From: an uncultured Gammaproteobacteria bacterium
GTDB lineage: Bacteria > Pseudomonadota > Gammaproteobacteria > Steroidobacterales > Rariloculaceae
DNA length: 64,000 nucleotides
Direction of reading: 5' to 3'
Assembly (NCBI GenBank): GCA_964384125.1
Contig: CAYLKA010000005.1
Span: 1,554-65,553, forward strand
Shown: piece after piece, positions 1 to 10,562 of the stretch
Position numbering within the stretch: position 1 is the first letter of the stretch
How the letters are laid out: each line of letters starts with the position of its first letter
Program-made: the position numbers and the translations under genes
The notes under the pieces: generated by a model
What the model was told of the DNA's origin: nothing
Database searches by the model: none
What the model saw: the letters and a program-made list of their open reading frames with translations, nothing else

Positions 1-88
1 ACACTATTGCCCGGTAGACGGTACGGTCATGGGCAGTTGATGGCCGGTCGTGCAGTGCGGGTCTAGGTCTACTTAGAGAGTTTAGAGA

Positions 89-796
89 GTGGCAGAACTC
101 AGTGGGAAATACAGTTCGCTTGCGGAAGCGGTTAGTGCGCAGCTTGGTGAACGCGCGCGGCTTTTGAACCGACCCGACCTCGGTTTGGGCTACGAGGTAG
201 AACCGGCCGACCTGTTGGACTGTTGCCGGGTCCTTCGCGACTCAGAGGGTTTGGCATTCGATATGCTCATGGACTTGTGCGGCGTCGATTACCTCAATTA
301 TGGCCAGGACGAATGGGAGACCTCTTCGGCCACCAATACAGGCTTCAGTCGGGGTGTCAGTGGGGGGCGCTCCGGTGAGAGGGCAGTCGAAGACTCCCAG
401 CAGTCTGTCCGTCGCTTCGCGGTTGTCTATCACCTTCTTTCAATTACGCACAATCAGAGGCTGAGGCTTAAGGTCTTCTGCGACGACGAGCAGCGCCCCA
501 TGTTGGATTCGGTTATCGATATCTGGGCATCGGCAGATTGGTTTGAACGTGAAGCTTTCGACCTCTACGGGATCGTTTTTCGAGGGCATCCCGATCTGCG
601 GCGGCTTCTCACCGACTATGGCTTCATCGGGCATCCCTTCCGTAAGGATTTCCCGCTGATCGGGAACGTGGAGATGCGCTACGACGCGGAGAAGGGGCGG
701 GTCGTTTACGAGCCCGTTAGCATCGAACCGAGAACGTTGGTTCCGAAAACGATCCGCGACGATAACCGCTACAAGCCGGATTTGAAGGACGGATAG
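89..796 (+). CDS. nuoC: NADH-quinone oxidoreductase subunit C (not fused to NuoD)
   Basis: 235-aa ORF with GTG start. C-terminal signature [39 protein letters not shown]. Sits directly upstream of nuoD with a TAG/GTG 1-nt overlap. Confidence 0.9.
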   Translation: MAELSGKYSSLAEAVSAQLGERARLLNRPDLGLGYEVEPADLLDCCRVLRDSEGLAFDMLMDLCGVDYLNYGQDEWETSSATNTGFSRGVSGGRSGERAVEDSQQSVRRFAVVYHLLSITHNQRLRLKVFCDDEQRPMLDSVIDIWASADWFEREAFDLYGIVFRGHPDLRRLLTDYGFIGHPFRKDFPLIGNVEMRYDAEKGRVVYEPVSIEPRTLVPKTIRDDNRYKPDLKDG

Positions 797-2049
797 TGCC
801 CGAAATCCAAAACTTCACGATGAATTTTGGTCCGCAGCATCCGGCGGCACACGGCGTGTTGCGTTTGGTGCTTGAGATGGACGGGGAGGTTATCCAGCGG
901 GCGGACCCGCACGTTGGGTTGTTACATCGGGCGACGGAAAAGTTGGCAGAGAGCAAGCCTTTCAATCAGTCGATCGGGTATATGGACCGCCTAGATTATG
1001 TTTCTATGATGTGCAACGAGCATGGTTACGTGCTCGCGATCGAAAAACTGTTGGGCATAACGCCTCCTATTCGAGCGCAGTACATTCGTACGATGTTCGA
1101 CGAGATCACGCGGATTCTTAATCACCTGATGTGGCTTGGATCGCACGGGCTCGACGTCGGGGCGATGACGATGTTTCTGTACTGCTTTCGGGAGAGGGAG
1201 GACCTCATGGACTGCTATGAAGCGGTCTCTGGCACTCGGATGCACGCCACGTATTATCGTCCGGGGGGGGTGTTCAGGGATTTGCCGGAAGGAATGCCGA
1301 AGTACCAGTCTTCCTCTCACCGAACTGACAAAGACCTCGCAAGACTAAATGATGACCGGAGTGGTTCTTTGCTCGATTTCATCGAGTCTTTCACGGAACG
1401 TTTTCCCGGATGTGTTGACGACTATGAGACGTTACTCACGGACAATCGCATTTGGAAGCAACGCACAGTAAACATTGGTGTGGTGTCACCAGAGCGTGCT
1501 AAGCAGCTCGGATTTTCCGGTCCGATGCTTCGTGGATCTGGTGTGGTTTGGGATCTGCGGAAAATGCAGCCCTATGAGGTGTATGACGAAGTCGACTTTG
1601 ATATTCCTGTCGGGGTTAACGGCGACTGCTATGACCGTTACCTAGTGCGGATTGAAGAGATGCGACAGTCCAATCGCATAATAAAGCAATGTGTCGACTG
1701 GCTGCGGAAGAACCCGGGCCCAGTGATTCTAGACGATCACAAAGTCACGCCTCCGAGACGCATCGAAATGAAAGACGATATGGAATCCTTAATCCATCAC
1801 TTTAAGTTGTTTACTGAGGGTTACTGTGTGCCAGAGGGTGAGGCTTACGCTGCAGTGGAGCACCCGAAGGGCGAGTTTGGTTGCTATGTAATCTCGGACG
1901 GCGCGAACAAGCCTTATCGCTTGAAGGTTCGAGCTCCAGGTTTTGCCCATCTTGCGGCAATGAATGAGATGGTGGCGGGGCACATGCTTGCGGACGTCGT
2001 TGCTGTGATAGGTACCCAAGACATCGTTTTTGGGGAAATCGATCGATGA
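796..2049 (+). CDS. nuoD: NADH-quinone oxidoreductase subunit D (49 kDa)
   Basis: 417 aa. N-terminal [16 protein letters not shown] and C-terminal RAPGFAHL...DIVFGEIDR signatures. Operon position. Confidence 0.95.
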   Translation: MPEIQNFTMNFGPQHPAAHGVLRLVLEMDGEVIQRADPHVGLLHRATEKLAESKPFNQSIGYMDRLDYVSMMCNEHGYVLAIEKLLGITPPIRAQYIRTMFDEITRILNHLMWLGSHGLDVGAMTMFLYCFREREDLMDCYEAVSGTRMHATYYRPGGVFRDLPEGMPKYQSSSHRTDKDLARLNDDRSGSLLDFIESFTERFPGCVDDYETLLTDNRIWKQRTVNIGVVSPERAKQLGFSGPMLRGSGVVWDLRKMQPYEVYDEVDFDIPVGVNGDCYDRYLVRIEEMRQSNRIIKQCVDWLRKNPGPVILDDHKVTPPRRIEMKDDMESLIHHFKLFTEGYCVPEGEAYAAVEHPKGEFGCYVISDGANKPYRLKVRAPGFAHLAAMNEMVAGHMLADVVAVIGTQDIVFGEIDR

Positions 2050-2534
2050 GCGAGTCGATTCTGTCTAGCCACGTACGTGAGGAGATAGACCATTGGGTTG
2101 CGAAGTTCCCAGAGGGACGGCAGCGCTCGGCAGTTATAGGCGCATTACAGGCCGCGCAACACGAAAACCAGGGCTACCTAACCAAGGATCTGATGGACGC
2201 TGTAGCCGAGTACCTGAGCCTACCGCCGATCCAGATCTACGAGGTTGCGACATTCTATTCGATGTTCGAAACAAAGCCTGTCGGACGGCACTGCATATCG
2301 GTGTGTACGAATATCTCGTGCATGTTGTGTGGTTCTGATCAGATCGTGACGTACTTGGAGGAAAAGCTTGAAACGAAGTTGGGAGAAAGTACGAAGGACG
2401 GCAAGTTTTACCTGAAACGCGAAGAAGAATGTCTTGCGGCTTGCTGTGGCGCGCCGATGATGATGGTCGACCACGTTTACCATGAAAATCTGACGCCGCG
2501 GAAAATTGACGAGATCCTCGATGCTCTGGACTGA
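2046..2534 (+). CDS. nuoE: NADH-quinone oxidoreductase subunit E (24 kDa, 2Fe-2S)
   Basis: 162 aa. Cys pattern VCTNISC (C-x4-C) and CLAAC (C-x3-C). ATGA overlap with the nuoD stop. Confidence 0.92.
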   Translation: MSESILSSHVREEIDHWVAKFPEGRQRSAVIGALQAAQHENQGYLTKDLMDAVAEYLSLPPIQIYEVATFYSMFETKPVGRHCISVCTNISCMLCGSDQIVTYLEEKLETKLGESTKDGKFYLKREEECLAACCGAPMMMVDHVYHENLTPRKIDEILDALD

Positions 2535-2542
2535 GGTAATCG

Positions 2543-3844
2543 ATGATTGAATCCAACCAGGTTTGCTTCACGACTCTCGGTTGCGAGGGTGAGATGTGGT
2601 CGCTCGATAACTACCTCACAGTCGGCGGCTACGAGGCTTGGAGGAAGATTCTTGCTGGTGAGTGGGCGCCCAATGAAGTCATTGAAGAAGTTAAAGCATC
2701 GGGGCTTCGAGGTCGTGGTGGGGCCGGTTTCCCCACAGGTCTGAAGTGGAGTTTCATGCCGAAGGATCCGACTGTGCAGAAGTACCTCGTCTGCAATTCC
2801 GATGAGAGCGAACCCGGAACTTGCCACGATAGGGATATTCTGCGCTACAACCCACATGCGCTGATAGAAGGCATGGCGATTGCGGGTTATGCGATGGGCG
2901 CGACAGTGGGATACAACTACATAAGGGGCGAGTTTCTTGCGGAACCGGTGCCGCGATTCGAAGCCGCCCTCAAAGAGGCCTACGAGGTAGGGTGGCTCGG
3001 TAAAAACATCAAGAACTCTGGCGTTGACTTCGATCTCTATACGTTCGTCGGCGCAGGCGCTTATATTTGCGGTGAGGAGACTGCACTGCTCGAGTCGTTA
3101 GAGGGAAAACAAGGTAAGCCGCGCTTCAAGCCACCGTTCCCGGCTAATTACGGACTCTACGGCGCTCCGACAACGATAAATAACACCCAAAGCCTCGCTT
3201 CGGTGCCGGTGATCATGCGCAACGGGGCGAAGTGGTTTTCGGACCTAGGCGTCGAGGGTTCGGGTGGTACGGGCATTTTTTCCGTCTCCGGCCATGTCGA
3301 GAAGCCTGGCAATTACGAATTACCACTGGGTATTCCTTTCAAGGAGCTTTTGGACGTCGCGGGGGGCGTGCGCGGAGGACGAAAACTGAAGGCCGTCATT
3401 CCAGGCGGCTCGTCCGTGCCCGTTGTGCCAGCCGAGATCATCCTGGGGCTGACCATGGATTTCGACACGCTCCGTGATGCAAAGTCGGGTTTGGGGACTG
3501 GTGCGATGGTCGTCATGGATGAGACCACCTGCATGGTCAACATGCTGCGGCGAATCTCTCGATTTTATTTTGCGGAATCCTGCGGCCAGTGTACGCCGTG
3601 TCGAGAAGGTACTGGCTGGCTATACAGGGTCCTGACGCGAATAACGGAGGGAAAGGGCCGCCAGGAAGATATCGACATGCTGGTCGATGTCGCGAACAAG
3701 ATCGAAGGGCACACGATCTGTGCGCTCGGCGATGCCGCTGCCTGGCCGGTACAGAGCTTCATCCGGCATTTCCGTCACGAGTTTGAGTATATGGTGCAGA
3801 ACGATGGGCGAAGTATTGTGGAAGAACTGGATTCGGCCGCTTGA
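2543..3844 (+). CDS. nuoF: NADH-quinone oxidoreductase subunit F (51 kDa, FMN/NADH site)
   Basis: 433 aa. [13 protein letters not shown] nucleotide/FMN motif and [12 protein letters not shown] 4Fe-4S motif. Confidence 0.95.
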   Translation: MIESNQVCFTTLGCEGEMWSLDNYLTVGGYEAWRKILAGEWAPNEVIEEVKASGLRGRGGAGFPTGLKWSFMPKDPTVQKYLVCNSDESEPGTCHDRDILRYNPHALIEGMAIAGYAMGATVGYNYIRGEFLAEPVPRFEAALKEAYEVGWLGKNIKNSGVDFDLYTFVGAGAYICGEETALLESLEGKQGKPRFKPPFPANYGLYGAPTTINNTQSLASVPVIMRNGAKWFSDLGVEGSGGTGIFSVSGHVEKPGNYELPLGIPFKELLDVAGGVRGGRKLKAVIPGGSSVPVVPAEIILGLTMDFDTLRDAKSGLGTGAMVVMDETTCMVNMLRRISRFYFAESCGQCTPCREGTGWLYRVLTRITEGKGRQEDIDMLVDVANKIEGHTICALGDAAAWPVQSFIRHFRHEFEYMVQNDGRSIVEELDSAA

Positions 3845-3862
3845 GGATTGGAAATAACGTTC

Positions 3863-6067
3863 ATGGCTGAAAAGACTGTCACTATCGAAATCAACGGCCT
3901 TCCCGTCGAAGCGACGGCGGGACAAATGCTCATCGAGGTGACTGACCGTGAGGACGCGTATGTGCCGCGTTTTTGCTATCACCACAAACTCTCCGTAGCG
4001 GCGAACTGTCGCATGTGTCTCGTTGAGGTAGAGAAGGCCCCGAAACCAATGCCCGCGTGTGCGACGCCGGTGATGGATGGAATGAAGGTCTTTACGCGTT
4101 CAGCTGCTGCGATCGCGGCCCAGAAGGCTACGATGGAGTTCCTCCTCATTAATCACCCGCTCGACTGTCCCATCTGTGATCAGGGTGGGGAGTGTGAGCT
4201 CCAGGATATGGCGATGGGATTTGGTCGTGACGTCTCCCGCTATACCGAGGGAAAACGCGTCGTCAAAGATAAAGATCTGGGGCCGTTGGTCTCGACGGAT
4301 ATGACTCGGTGCATCCACTGCACCCGTTGCGTTCGGTTCGGTCAAGAAATCGCCGGGATTCAGGAATTGGGAACGACTGGTCGCAGTGAGGATATGGAGA
4401 TTGGAACCTACGTTGAGCGCAGCGTTGACCATGAGCTCTCGGGTAACATTATTGACCTATGCCCAGTCGGTGCACTGAACAACAAACCTTATCGCTACAG
4501 CGCGAGAGCGTGGGAGATGGTCGTTAGGCCGCTTGTGTCTCCCCATGACTGTGCGGGCTCGAATCTTTCCGGTCATGTCTTACGAGGCAAACTCAAGCGC
4601 GTCGTACCCCGGGAGAATGAATCCATAAACGAAACGTGGATCGCTGACCGGGACCGCTTTAGTTATGAGGGCATTTACTCGGTGGATCGCTTGGCCGCGC
4701 CAATGATCAGGACCGAAGAAGGGTGGTCGGAGGCGTCCTGGGACCGAGCCATTGACGCGACAAAGGATGCGTTACGCGCCGGTATCGGAAGCGACGGTGA
4801 CGATCTCGGTGTGCTGGTCTCGCCGAGTGCGACCGTCGAGGAGATGTACCTACTCAATCGGATTACTCGGCATCTCGGAAGCCAGAATATCGATCATCGC
4901 CTGCGCATGAAGGATTTCCGTGATCAGGACGCGGATCCCCTCTGGCCCGCGCTGGGTGAGTCAATCGCTGGACTTGAGCAACTCGAGGCAATACTTGTCG
5001 TCGGTTCCAATCTACGCCGGGAAGTTCCAATTCTGGCAAATCGGATTCGGAAAGCGGCTGTGCAGGGTGCATCGGTTGGTTTCGTCAATCCGAGCGACTA
5101 CGAATATCACTTCCCACGTGGCGCATACGTTGAGGCGCCGCTTCGATCGCTTTCACAATCGCTCACGAGCGTGCTCGGTGCTGTAGTGGAGATCACGGGT
5201 TGCGAGGCACCGAGCCACTTACGTTCTGTCTTGGGCCAAACGGAGATTGCGGATTCACACCGGGCTGCGGCTCGCCTACTAATTGATCGTGAGCGTGCTT
5301 TATTGCTCCTTGGGCATATGGCGCTTCGCCATCCTCGCTGGTCCGATATCCGGACCGTTGCGGCGGGTATCTGCGAGGTTACCGGAGCTCGGTTGGGGTA
5401 TTTGTCGGAAGGCGCAAACTCGGCTGGTGGTGCGTTGGCAGGCGTTCTACCTCATCGTGGCCCGGGTGGGCGAGTCGTGGATACAGCGGGTCTGGACGCG
5501 GTTGGAATGATGAGAACCCCGCGCAGGGCGTACCTCTTATTTGGTCTGGAGCCTGATCGCGATTTGGCTAATGCCGAGCAAGCGCACCGAACCCTTAAAG
5601 CAGCGGAGTCCGTCGTATGTTTTACCTCATATGTCACCGATGAATTACTTGAGGTCGCTGATATGCTGCTTCCCATCTCCACTTTTGCGGAGACGGCGGG
5701 TACCTATGTAAATGCGGAAGGTGTCTGGCAGAGCTTTGACGCTGCCGCCAAGTCATTTGGCGATTCTAAAGAGGGTTGGCGAGTTTTAAGGGTCCTGGGC
5801 AACGCATTGGATCTACCCGATTGCGAATATAGTGCTGCGACCGACGTGCGTGAGGCCCTCTCGGAAAAGTTGGGTAACCACGCCGCCGACACGCGTTACG
5901 AGGGTCGTTTCGAGCCAACTCTAGAGTCCACTGATCTGGACGCGGCGGCACTAGATATTCCGATTTACTCGGTCGACGCGGTAGTGAGGCGCGGGCGTGC
6001 ACTGCAAGATACCGCTGCCGCCCAAGAAACGGCTGTAGGTGACAGCCAGATTCGGGCGGAGGCGTGA
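3863..6067 (+). CDS. nuoG: NADH-quinone oxidoreductase subunit G (75 kDa)
   Basis: N-terminal 2Fe-2S ferredoxin-like CYHHKLSVAANCRMCLVEV, HPLDCPICDQGGECELQD, and the CIHCTRCVRF cluster motif. ATG at 3863 preferred over the ORF-track TTG at 3848, because an AGGA-like RBS lies about 12 nt upstream. Confidence 0.92.
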   Translation: MAEKTVTIEINGLPVEATAGQMLIEVTDREDAYVPRFCYHHKLSVAANCRMCLVEVEKAPKPMPACATPVMDGMKVFTRSAAAIAAQKATMEFLLINHPLDCPICDQGGECELQDMAMGFGRDVSRYTEGKRVVKDKDLGPLVSTDMTRCIHCTRCVRFGQEIAGIQELGTTGRSEDMEIGTYVERSVDHELSGNIIDLCPVGALNNKPYRYSARAWEMVVRPLVSPHDCAGSNLSGHVLRGKLKRVVPRENESINETWIADRDRFSYEGIYSVDRLAAPMIRTEEGWSEASWDRAIDATKDALRAGIGSDGDDLGVLVSPSATVEEMYLLNRITRHLGSQNIDHRLRMKDFRDQDADPLWPALGESIAGLEQLEAILVVGSNLRREVPILANRIRKAAVQGASVGFVNPSDYEYHFPRGAYVEAPLRSLSQSLTSVLGAVVEITGCEAPSHLRSVLGQTEIADSHRAAARLLIDRERALLLLGHMALRHPRWSDIRTVAAGICEVTGARLGYLSEGANSAGGALAGVLPHRGPGGRVVDTAGLDAVGMMRTPRRAYLLFGLEPDRDLANAEQAHRTLKAAESVVCFTSYVTDELLEVADMLLPISTFAETAGTYVNAEGVWQSFDAAAKSFGDSKEGWRVLRVLGNALDLPDCEYSAATDVREALSEKLGNHAADTRYEGRFEPTLESTDLDAAALDIPIYSVDAVVRRGRALQDTAAAQETAVGDSQIRAEA

Positions 6068-6079
6068 CCAAGTACGGTT

Positions 6080-7156
6080 ATGACTAACATCTTTGCACAG
6101 TTGGATGCCTTGCTTGCGCTCTTCGGTCTGCCCGGACCGGTGCAATACGCCGTACTCACCAGCATAAAGGTGATGGTCATTTTAGTGCCCCTCATGATCA
6201 CCGTCGCCTACTTCACATATGCGGAGCGCAAGCTGATTGGCTTCATCCAAAATCGGATCGGACCCAATAGAGTTGGTTGGCGGGGCTTGCTCCAGCCATT
6301 CGCAGATCTAATAAAGATGATGTTGAAGGAAGTCCTCGTACCGACCAACGCCAACCGGTTTCTGTTCCTATTGGCGCCGGTGGTATCGCTTACGACCGCC
6401 TTCGCCGCATGGGCGGTGATTCCCTTCGATGATGAGTTCGTCATCGCCGACATCGACGCGGGTCTGCTTTATATCCTCGCCGTGACTTCTCTGGGCGTCT
6501 ATGGGGTGATTCTTGCCGGGTGGGCATCGAATTCGAAGTACGCATTTCTGGGTGCCATGCGTTCTGCAGCCCAAATCGTCGCATACGAGATTGCGATGGG
6601 GTTCGCGCTAGTGGGAGTGTTGATGGCCGGCGGTAGCCTTAATCTTGGGACTATCGTAGAAGCTCAGGAGGGAATCAGTTTTCTGAGTTGGTTTGTCTGG
6701 CCGCTGTATCCTTTGTTCTTGGTGTAGTTCATTTCTGGCGTCGCCGAAACTAACCGAGCTCCATTCGACGTGGCGGAGGGTGAGTCGGAGATCGTCGCTG
6801 GCTTTCACGTTGAATACTCGGGTATTGCGTTCGGACTGTTCTTTCTTGCCGAATACGCCAACATGATTTTGATCGCGGTGCTCACTGCTCTGTTTTTCTT
6901 AGGCGGTTGGTTATCGCCGTTCGCGGGTGTGGCGGTATTTGAGGATAGCTTTCTGGCAGAGCCTCACTTCGCGTGGTTGGCAATGAAGACGTCCTTTTTT
7001 ATGTTTTGTTTTCTGTGGTCTCGAGCTACCTTTCCCCGTTATCGATACGACCAGATTATGCGTCTCGGCTGGAAGGTGTTTATCCCAATCACGATCATCT
7101 GGATCGCTGTCGAAGGCGTGATGGTTGTTGCGGAAGTCGGTCCGTGGGCCGCCTGA
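6080..7156 (+). pseudogene. nuoH: NADH-quinone oxidoreductase subunit H, interrupted by a single in-frame TAG at 6725-6727
   Basis: ORF pieces 6080..6727 and 6770..7156 are in the same frame. Translating across the stop gives [37 protein letters not shown], the most conserved NuoH loop, so this is one gene with one nonsense codon. Confidence 0.85.
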
Positions 7157-7169
7157 GTAGGTGTAGCTA

Positions 7170-7649
7170 ATGCAGAGGCTTCTAAAGACATTTTTGATGA
7201 CGGAGCTTGTGAAAGGTTTGCGCCTGACGTTCAAGAATCTCTTCGTCAAGAAAGTCACCGTGCAATATCCTGAGGAGAAGGCACCGCAGTCGCCGCGATT
7301 CCGTGGCTTGCATGCGCTGAGGCGTTATCCGAGTGGGGAGGAGCGCTGTATTGCGTGCAAGCTATGTGAAGCTGTCTGTCCAGCGCTCGCAATTACGATC
7401 GAATCAGATGTAGATAAGGACGGTACGCGTCGGACGACCCGCTACGATATCGATCTTTTCAAGTGCATCTACTGTGGCTTCTGTGAAGAGGCTTGCCCGG
7501 TCGATGCCGTCGTCGAGACGCGTATTCATGAATACCACATGGAAACGCGCGGTGAGAACATCATGACAAAGGACAAGCTATTGGCTGTGGGCGATAAGTA
7601 TGAAGCCATGATAGCGGCCGACAAAGCTGCTGATGCGCCGTACCGTTAG
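7170..7649 (+). CDS. nuoI: NADH-quinone oxidoreductase subunit I (2x 4Fe-4S ferredoxin)
   Basis: 159 aa. Two CxxCxxCxxxCP motifs ([24 protein letters not shown]). Confidence 0.95.
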   Translation: MQRLLKTFLMTELVKGLRLTFKNLFVKKVTVQYPEEKAPQSPRFRGLHALRRYPSGEERCIACKLCEAVCPALAITIESDVDKDGTRRTTRYDIDLFKCIYCGFCEEACPVDAVVETRIHEYHMETRGENIMTKDKLLAVGDKYEAMIAADKAADAPYR

Positions 7650-7676
7650 AAGAGCATTAGACAGAAAGTTTAAACG

Positions 7677-8279
7677 TTGATCACTTCGCTACTATTTTAC
7701 GCTTTGTCCTCCATCCTGGTGCTAGCCGCATTGGGCGTAATCGCGTCTCGAAACCCGGTACATTCGGCGCTCTTTTTGGTGTTGTGTTTTGTGCAGAGTT
7801 CAATGCTGTGGCTGCTCCTGGAAGCAGAATTTCTCGCAGTTGTGTTGGTGCTCGTCTACGTTGGCGCGGTCATGGTGCTTTTCTTGTTCGTGGTGATGAT
7901 GCTTGATGTCAATGAGGAGGCGCTCAAGGAAGGCTTTGCCCGTTACCTTCCTATCGGGGTCTTGGTCGCCTTGGTCCTAGTGTTGGAGATCGTCTACGTT
8001 GTCTGGTACAGCGGCCAGAATCTTTTGGCCGGTGTTATCCCGGAATCTTACCCGCCGGGTTACAGCAACACCCAGGCGCTTGGCAGTGTTCTGTACACCG
8101 AGCACGTCTATGCCTTCGAATTGGCTGCAGTCATTTTGCTCGTGTCCATCGTTGCAGCGATCACACTGACCATGCGCCGCCGGCCAGGCCTTAAGGTCCA
8201 GAACGTTGCTCAACAGGTGTCGGTGAAGCGTGAGGATCGCGTCCGACTCGTGAAGGTTGAGTCGAGCCAGGACAGCTGA
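7677..8279 (+). CDS. nuoJ: NADH-quinone oxidoreductase subunit J
   Basis: 200-aa polytopic membrane protein with TTG start. Operon position between nuoI and nuoK. Typical YVGAVMVLFLFVVMML segment. Confidence 0.88.
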   Translation: MITSLLFYALSSILVLAALGVIASRNPVHSALFLVLCFVQSSMLWLLLEAEFLAVVLVLVYVGAVMVLFLFVVMMLDVNEEALKEGFARYLPIGVLVALVLVLEIVYVVWYSGQNLLAGVIPESYPPGYSNTQALGSVLYTEHVYAFELAAVILLVSIVAAITLTMRRRPGLKVQNVAQQVSVKREDRVRLVKVESSQDS

Positions 8280-8288
8280 GGCGCACAG

Positions 8289-8597
8289 ATGATCATCACT
8301 GTATCGCACTATTTGGTTTTAGCAGCTGTGTTGTTCAGCCTGAGTGTCGCGGGAATCTTCATCAACAGGAAGAATGTCATCCTTTTATTGATGTGCATTG
8401 AACTCATGTTGCTAGCCGTGAATTTCAATTTCATCGCTTTTTCTAGAATGCTCGGAGATGAGGTGGGGCAGGTCTTCGTATTCTTTATCCTAACCGTCGC
8501 TGCCGCGGAGGCCGCGATTGGGTTGGCTATTCTCGTTGTGTTGTTCCGAACTCGCCAGAGCATCAACGTCGATGAATTGGATGCTCTAAAGGGCTGA
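8289..8597 (+). CDS. nuoK: NADH-quinone oxidoreductase subunit K
   Basis: 102 aa with 3 TM helices. Conserved Glu-containing helices ([23 protein letters not shown]). Confidence 0.92.
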   Translation: MIITVSHYLVLAAVLFSLSVAGIFINRKNVILLLMCIELMLLAVNFNFIAFSRMLGDEVGQVFVFFILTVAAAEAAIGLAILVVLFRTRQSINVDELDALKG

Positions 8598-10558
8598 TGG
8601 TGAAAGTCATATATCTCACCATCGTACTGGCCCCACTGATTGCGGCGGCGATCGCCGGGCTCTTTGGCAGGCGAGTAGGGCGAGCGGGTGCCCACTCAAT
8701 CACTATTCTTGGGGTCAGCGTTTCTTTTCTTTTGTCTTTGTACGTCCTGAAGGCTATAGCCTTTGACGGTGCACCGATTTTCAACGAGACCATCTACCGA
8801 TGGGGGGCCGTCGGCGGCCTCAGCATGGAGATTGGGTTCCTAGTTGATCAGCTGACGGTGCTGATGATGACCGTTGTGACATTTGTCTCTTTGGCCGTGC
8901 ATATCTACACCATCGGATACATGCACGATGACGATGGTTATCAGCGGTTTTTCAGTTATATCTCCTTGTTTACTTTCGCGATGTTAATGCTCGTGATGTC
9001 CAACAACTTCTTGCAGCTGTTTTTCGGCTGGGAGGCGGTTGGGATGGTGTCCTACCTCTTGATCGGGTTTTGGTTCAAGAAAGAGACAGCGATCTTCGCG
9101 AACATGAAAGCGTTTCTGGTGAACCGAGTCGGGGATTTCGGTTTTCTGCTCGGTATTGCGACGCTCCTGATGTTTACGGGCTCTCTGGACTACTATCTGG
9201 TCTTTGGCGAGGCTGAGCGGCTCAGCGGAGAGACGATTCAGATTCTCTCCGGGACTGAGTGGTCCGTCCTTAGCGTGGCATGTATCTGTCTTTTTGTTGG
9301 GGCTATGGGTAAGTCCGCGCAAGTGCCGCTGCATGTATGGCTGCCGGACTCGATGGAGGGCCCGACGCCCATCTCTGCACTTATTCACGCTGCGACTATG
9401 GTGACGGCGGGTATCTTCATGGTGGCGAGAATGTCGCCGCTGTTTGAGTACTCTCAGACAGCGCTGAGCGTGGTCCTGATCGTTGGCGCCACGACGGCCT
9501 TCTTCACCGGGCTGCTGGGTATAGTCCAGCAGGATATTAAGCGGGTCGTCGCGTATTCGACGTTATCTCAGCTTGGCTACATGACGGTGGCTCTCGGTGC
9601 TTCGGCTTATGCGGCTGGCATCTTCCACCTGATGACTCACGCGTTTTTTAAGGCGTTACTCTTTCTTGCGGCAGGGTCCGTGATTATCGGGCTACATCAC
9701 GAACAGGACATCCGAAGGATGGGTGGTCTGTGGAGACACATGCCGATAACGTACTGGACAGCGTTGATGGGTACGCTGGCGCTTATCGGTTTCCCAGGCT
9801 TCTCCGGGTTTTTCTCTAAGGATGCGTTGATCGAGGCTGTTCACCTTTCCAATACTCCGGGCGCCAATTACGCCTATTGGTGCGTATTGCTGGGCGTCTT
9901 CGTTACGGCGCTCTATAGCTTCCGGATGTTTTTTGTTGTCTTTCACGGTAAGGAGCGAATAGATCCGAGCGTTCGGGAGCATTTGAAGGAATCTCCTGCC
10001 GTGGTTACCTTACCGTTGATCCTTCTGGCAATCCCATCGGTCTTTATCGGCTGGTTTACGATTGGCCCGATACTATTTGGAGAATTTTTCGGTTCCTCCA
10101 TCTTCGTATTGCAGGATCCTGGGGTTGTTGAACAGCTAGGAGATGAGTTCCACGGTCCGTGGGCCTTTATCCTTCACGCTGCGACGGCCTCCGCCGCGCT
10201 ATACCTGGCTGCGGCAGGGGGGTTGGTTGCATGGTTCTTTTATCTGAAACGACCGGATCTGCCAGAGCGGTTTCAAGAACGATTTGCTTGGTGTCACCGT
10301 GTGCTGGAGAACAAATACTACTTCGATTGGTTCAATGAGAAAGTCATCGCAAAGGGCGTGCGTTCGACGGCGAGTTCTTTGTGGAGGGTGGGAGATGAGA
10401 TGCTGATTGACGGGATTGTGGTTAATGGCACCGCCCGGTCGATTGGATTTTTCTCTGGAGTTTTAAGAACGCTTCAGTCGGGGTATCTCTACCACTATGC
10501 GTTCGCAATGATTATTGGGCTGGCGATTCTCCTTGGCTGGTTAGTCGTAGGTTCGTAG
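8597..10558 (+). CDS. nuoL: NADH-quinone oxidoreductase subunit L (antiporter-like)
   Basis: 653 aa. Mrp/antiporter-like motifs (WEAVGMVSYLLIGFW, KSAQVPLHVWLPDSMEGPTPISALIHAATMV). Long C-terminal extension typical of NuoL. Confidence 0.93.
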   Translation: MVKVIYLTIVLAPLIAAAIAGLFGRRVGRAGAHSITILGVSVSFLLSLYVLKAIAFDGAPIFNETIYRWGAVGGLSMEIGFLVDQLTVLMMTVVTFVSLAVHIYTIGYMHDDDGYQRFFSYISLFTFAMLMLVMSNNFLQLFFGWEAVGMVSYLLIGFWFKKETAIFANMKAFLVNRVGDFGFLLGIATLLMFTGSLDYYLVFGEAERLSGETIQILSGTEWSVLSVACICLFVGAMGKSAQVPLHVWLPDSMEGPTPISALIHAATMVTAGIFMVARMSPLFEYSQTALSVVLIVGATTAFFTGLLGIVQQDIKRVVAYSTLSQLGYMTVALGASAYAAGIFHLMTHAFFKALLFLAAGSVIIGLHHEQDIRRMGGLWRHMPITYWTALMGTLALIGFPGFSGFFSKDALIEAVHLSNTPGANYAYWCVLLGVFVTALYSFRMFFVVFHGKERIDPSVREHLKESPAVVTLPLILLAIPSVFIGWFTIGPILFGEFFGSSIFVLQDPGVVEQLGDEFHGPWAFILHAATASAALYLAAAGGLVAWFFYLKRPDLPERFQERFAWCHRVLENKYYFDWFNEKVIAKGVRSTASSLWRVGDEMLIDGIVVNGTARSIGFFSGVLRTLQSGYLYHYAFAMIIGLAILLGWLVVGS

Positions 10559-10562
10559 GCCA

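Noticed and set aside
1-17. Possible 3' end of nuoB (frame 3 reads T-I-A-R-stop, ending at TAG 15-17), which would fit the usual ...GTI(A/E)R C-terminus of NuoB.
   Set aside because: Only four codons are visible. That is too little sequence to support a feature call, although the position ahead of nuoC makes it likely.
290-420. About 40-residue Gly/Ser-rich insertion in NuoC ([36 protein letters not shown]) as a possible novelty.
   Set aside because: As far as I recall, the length of this NuoC loop varies among proteobacteria. Without an alignment I cannot show that it is unusual.
6725-6727. The TAG in nuoH as a programmed pyrrolysine or other recoding event.
   Set aside because: No pyl genes or recoding signals are visible in the window, and the position corresponds to an ordinary conserved aromatic residue. 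A point mutation or sequencing error is far more parsimonious. It is kept as a finding only for verification.
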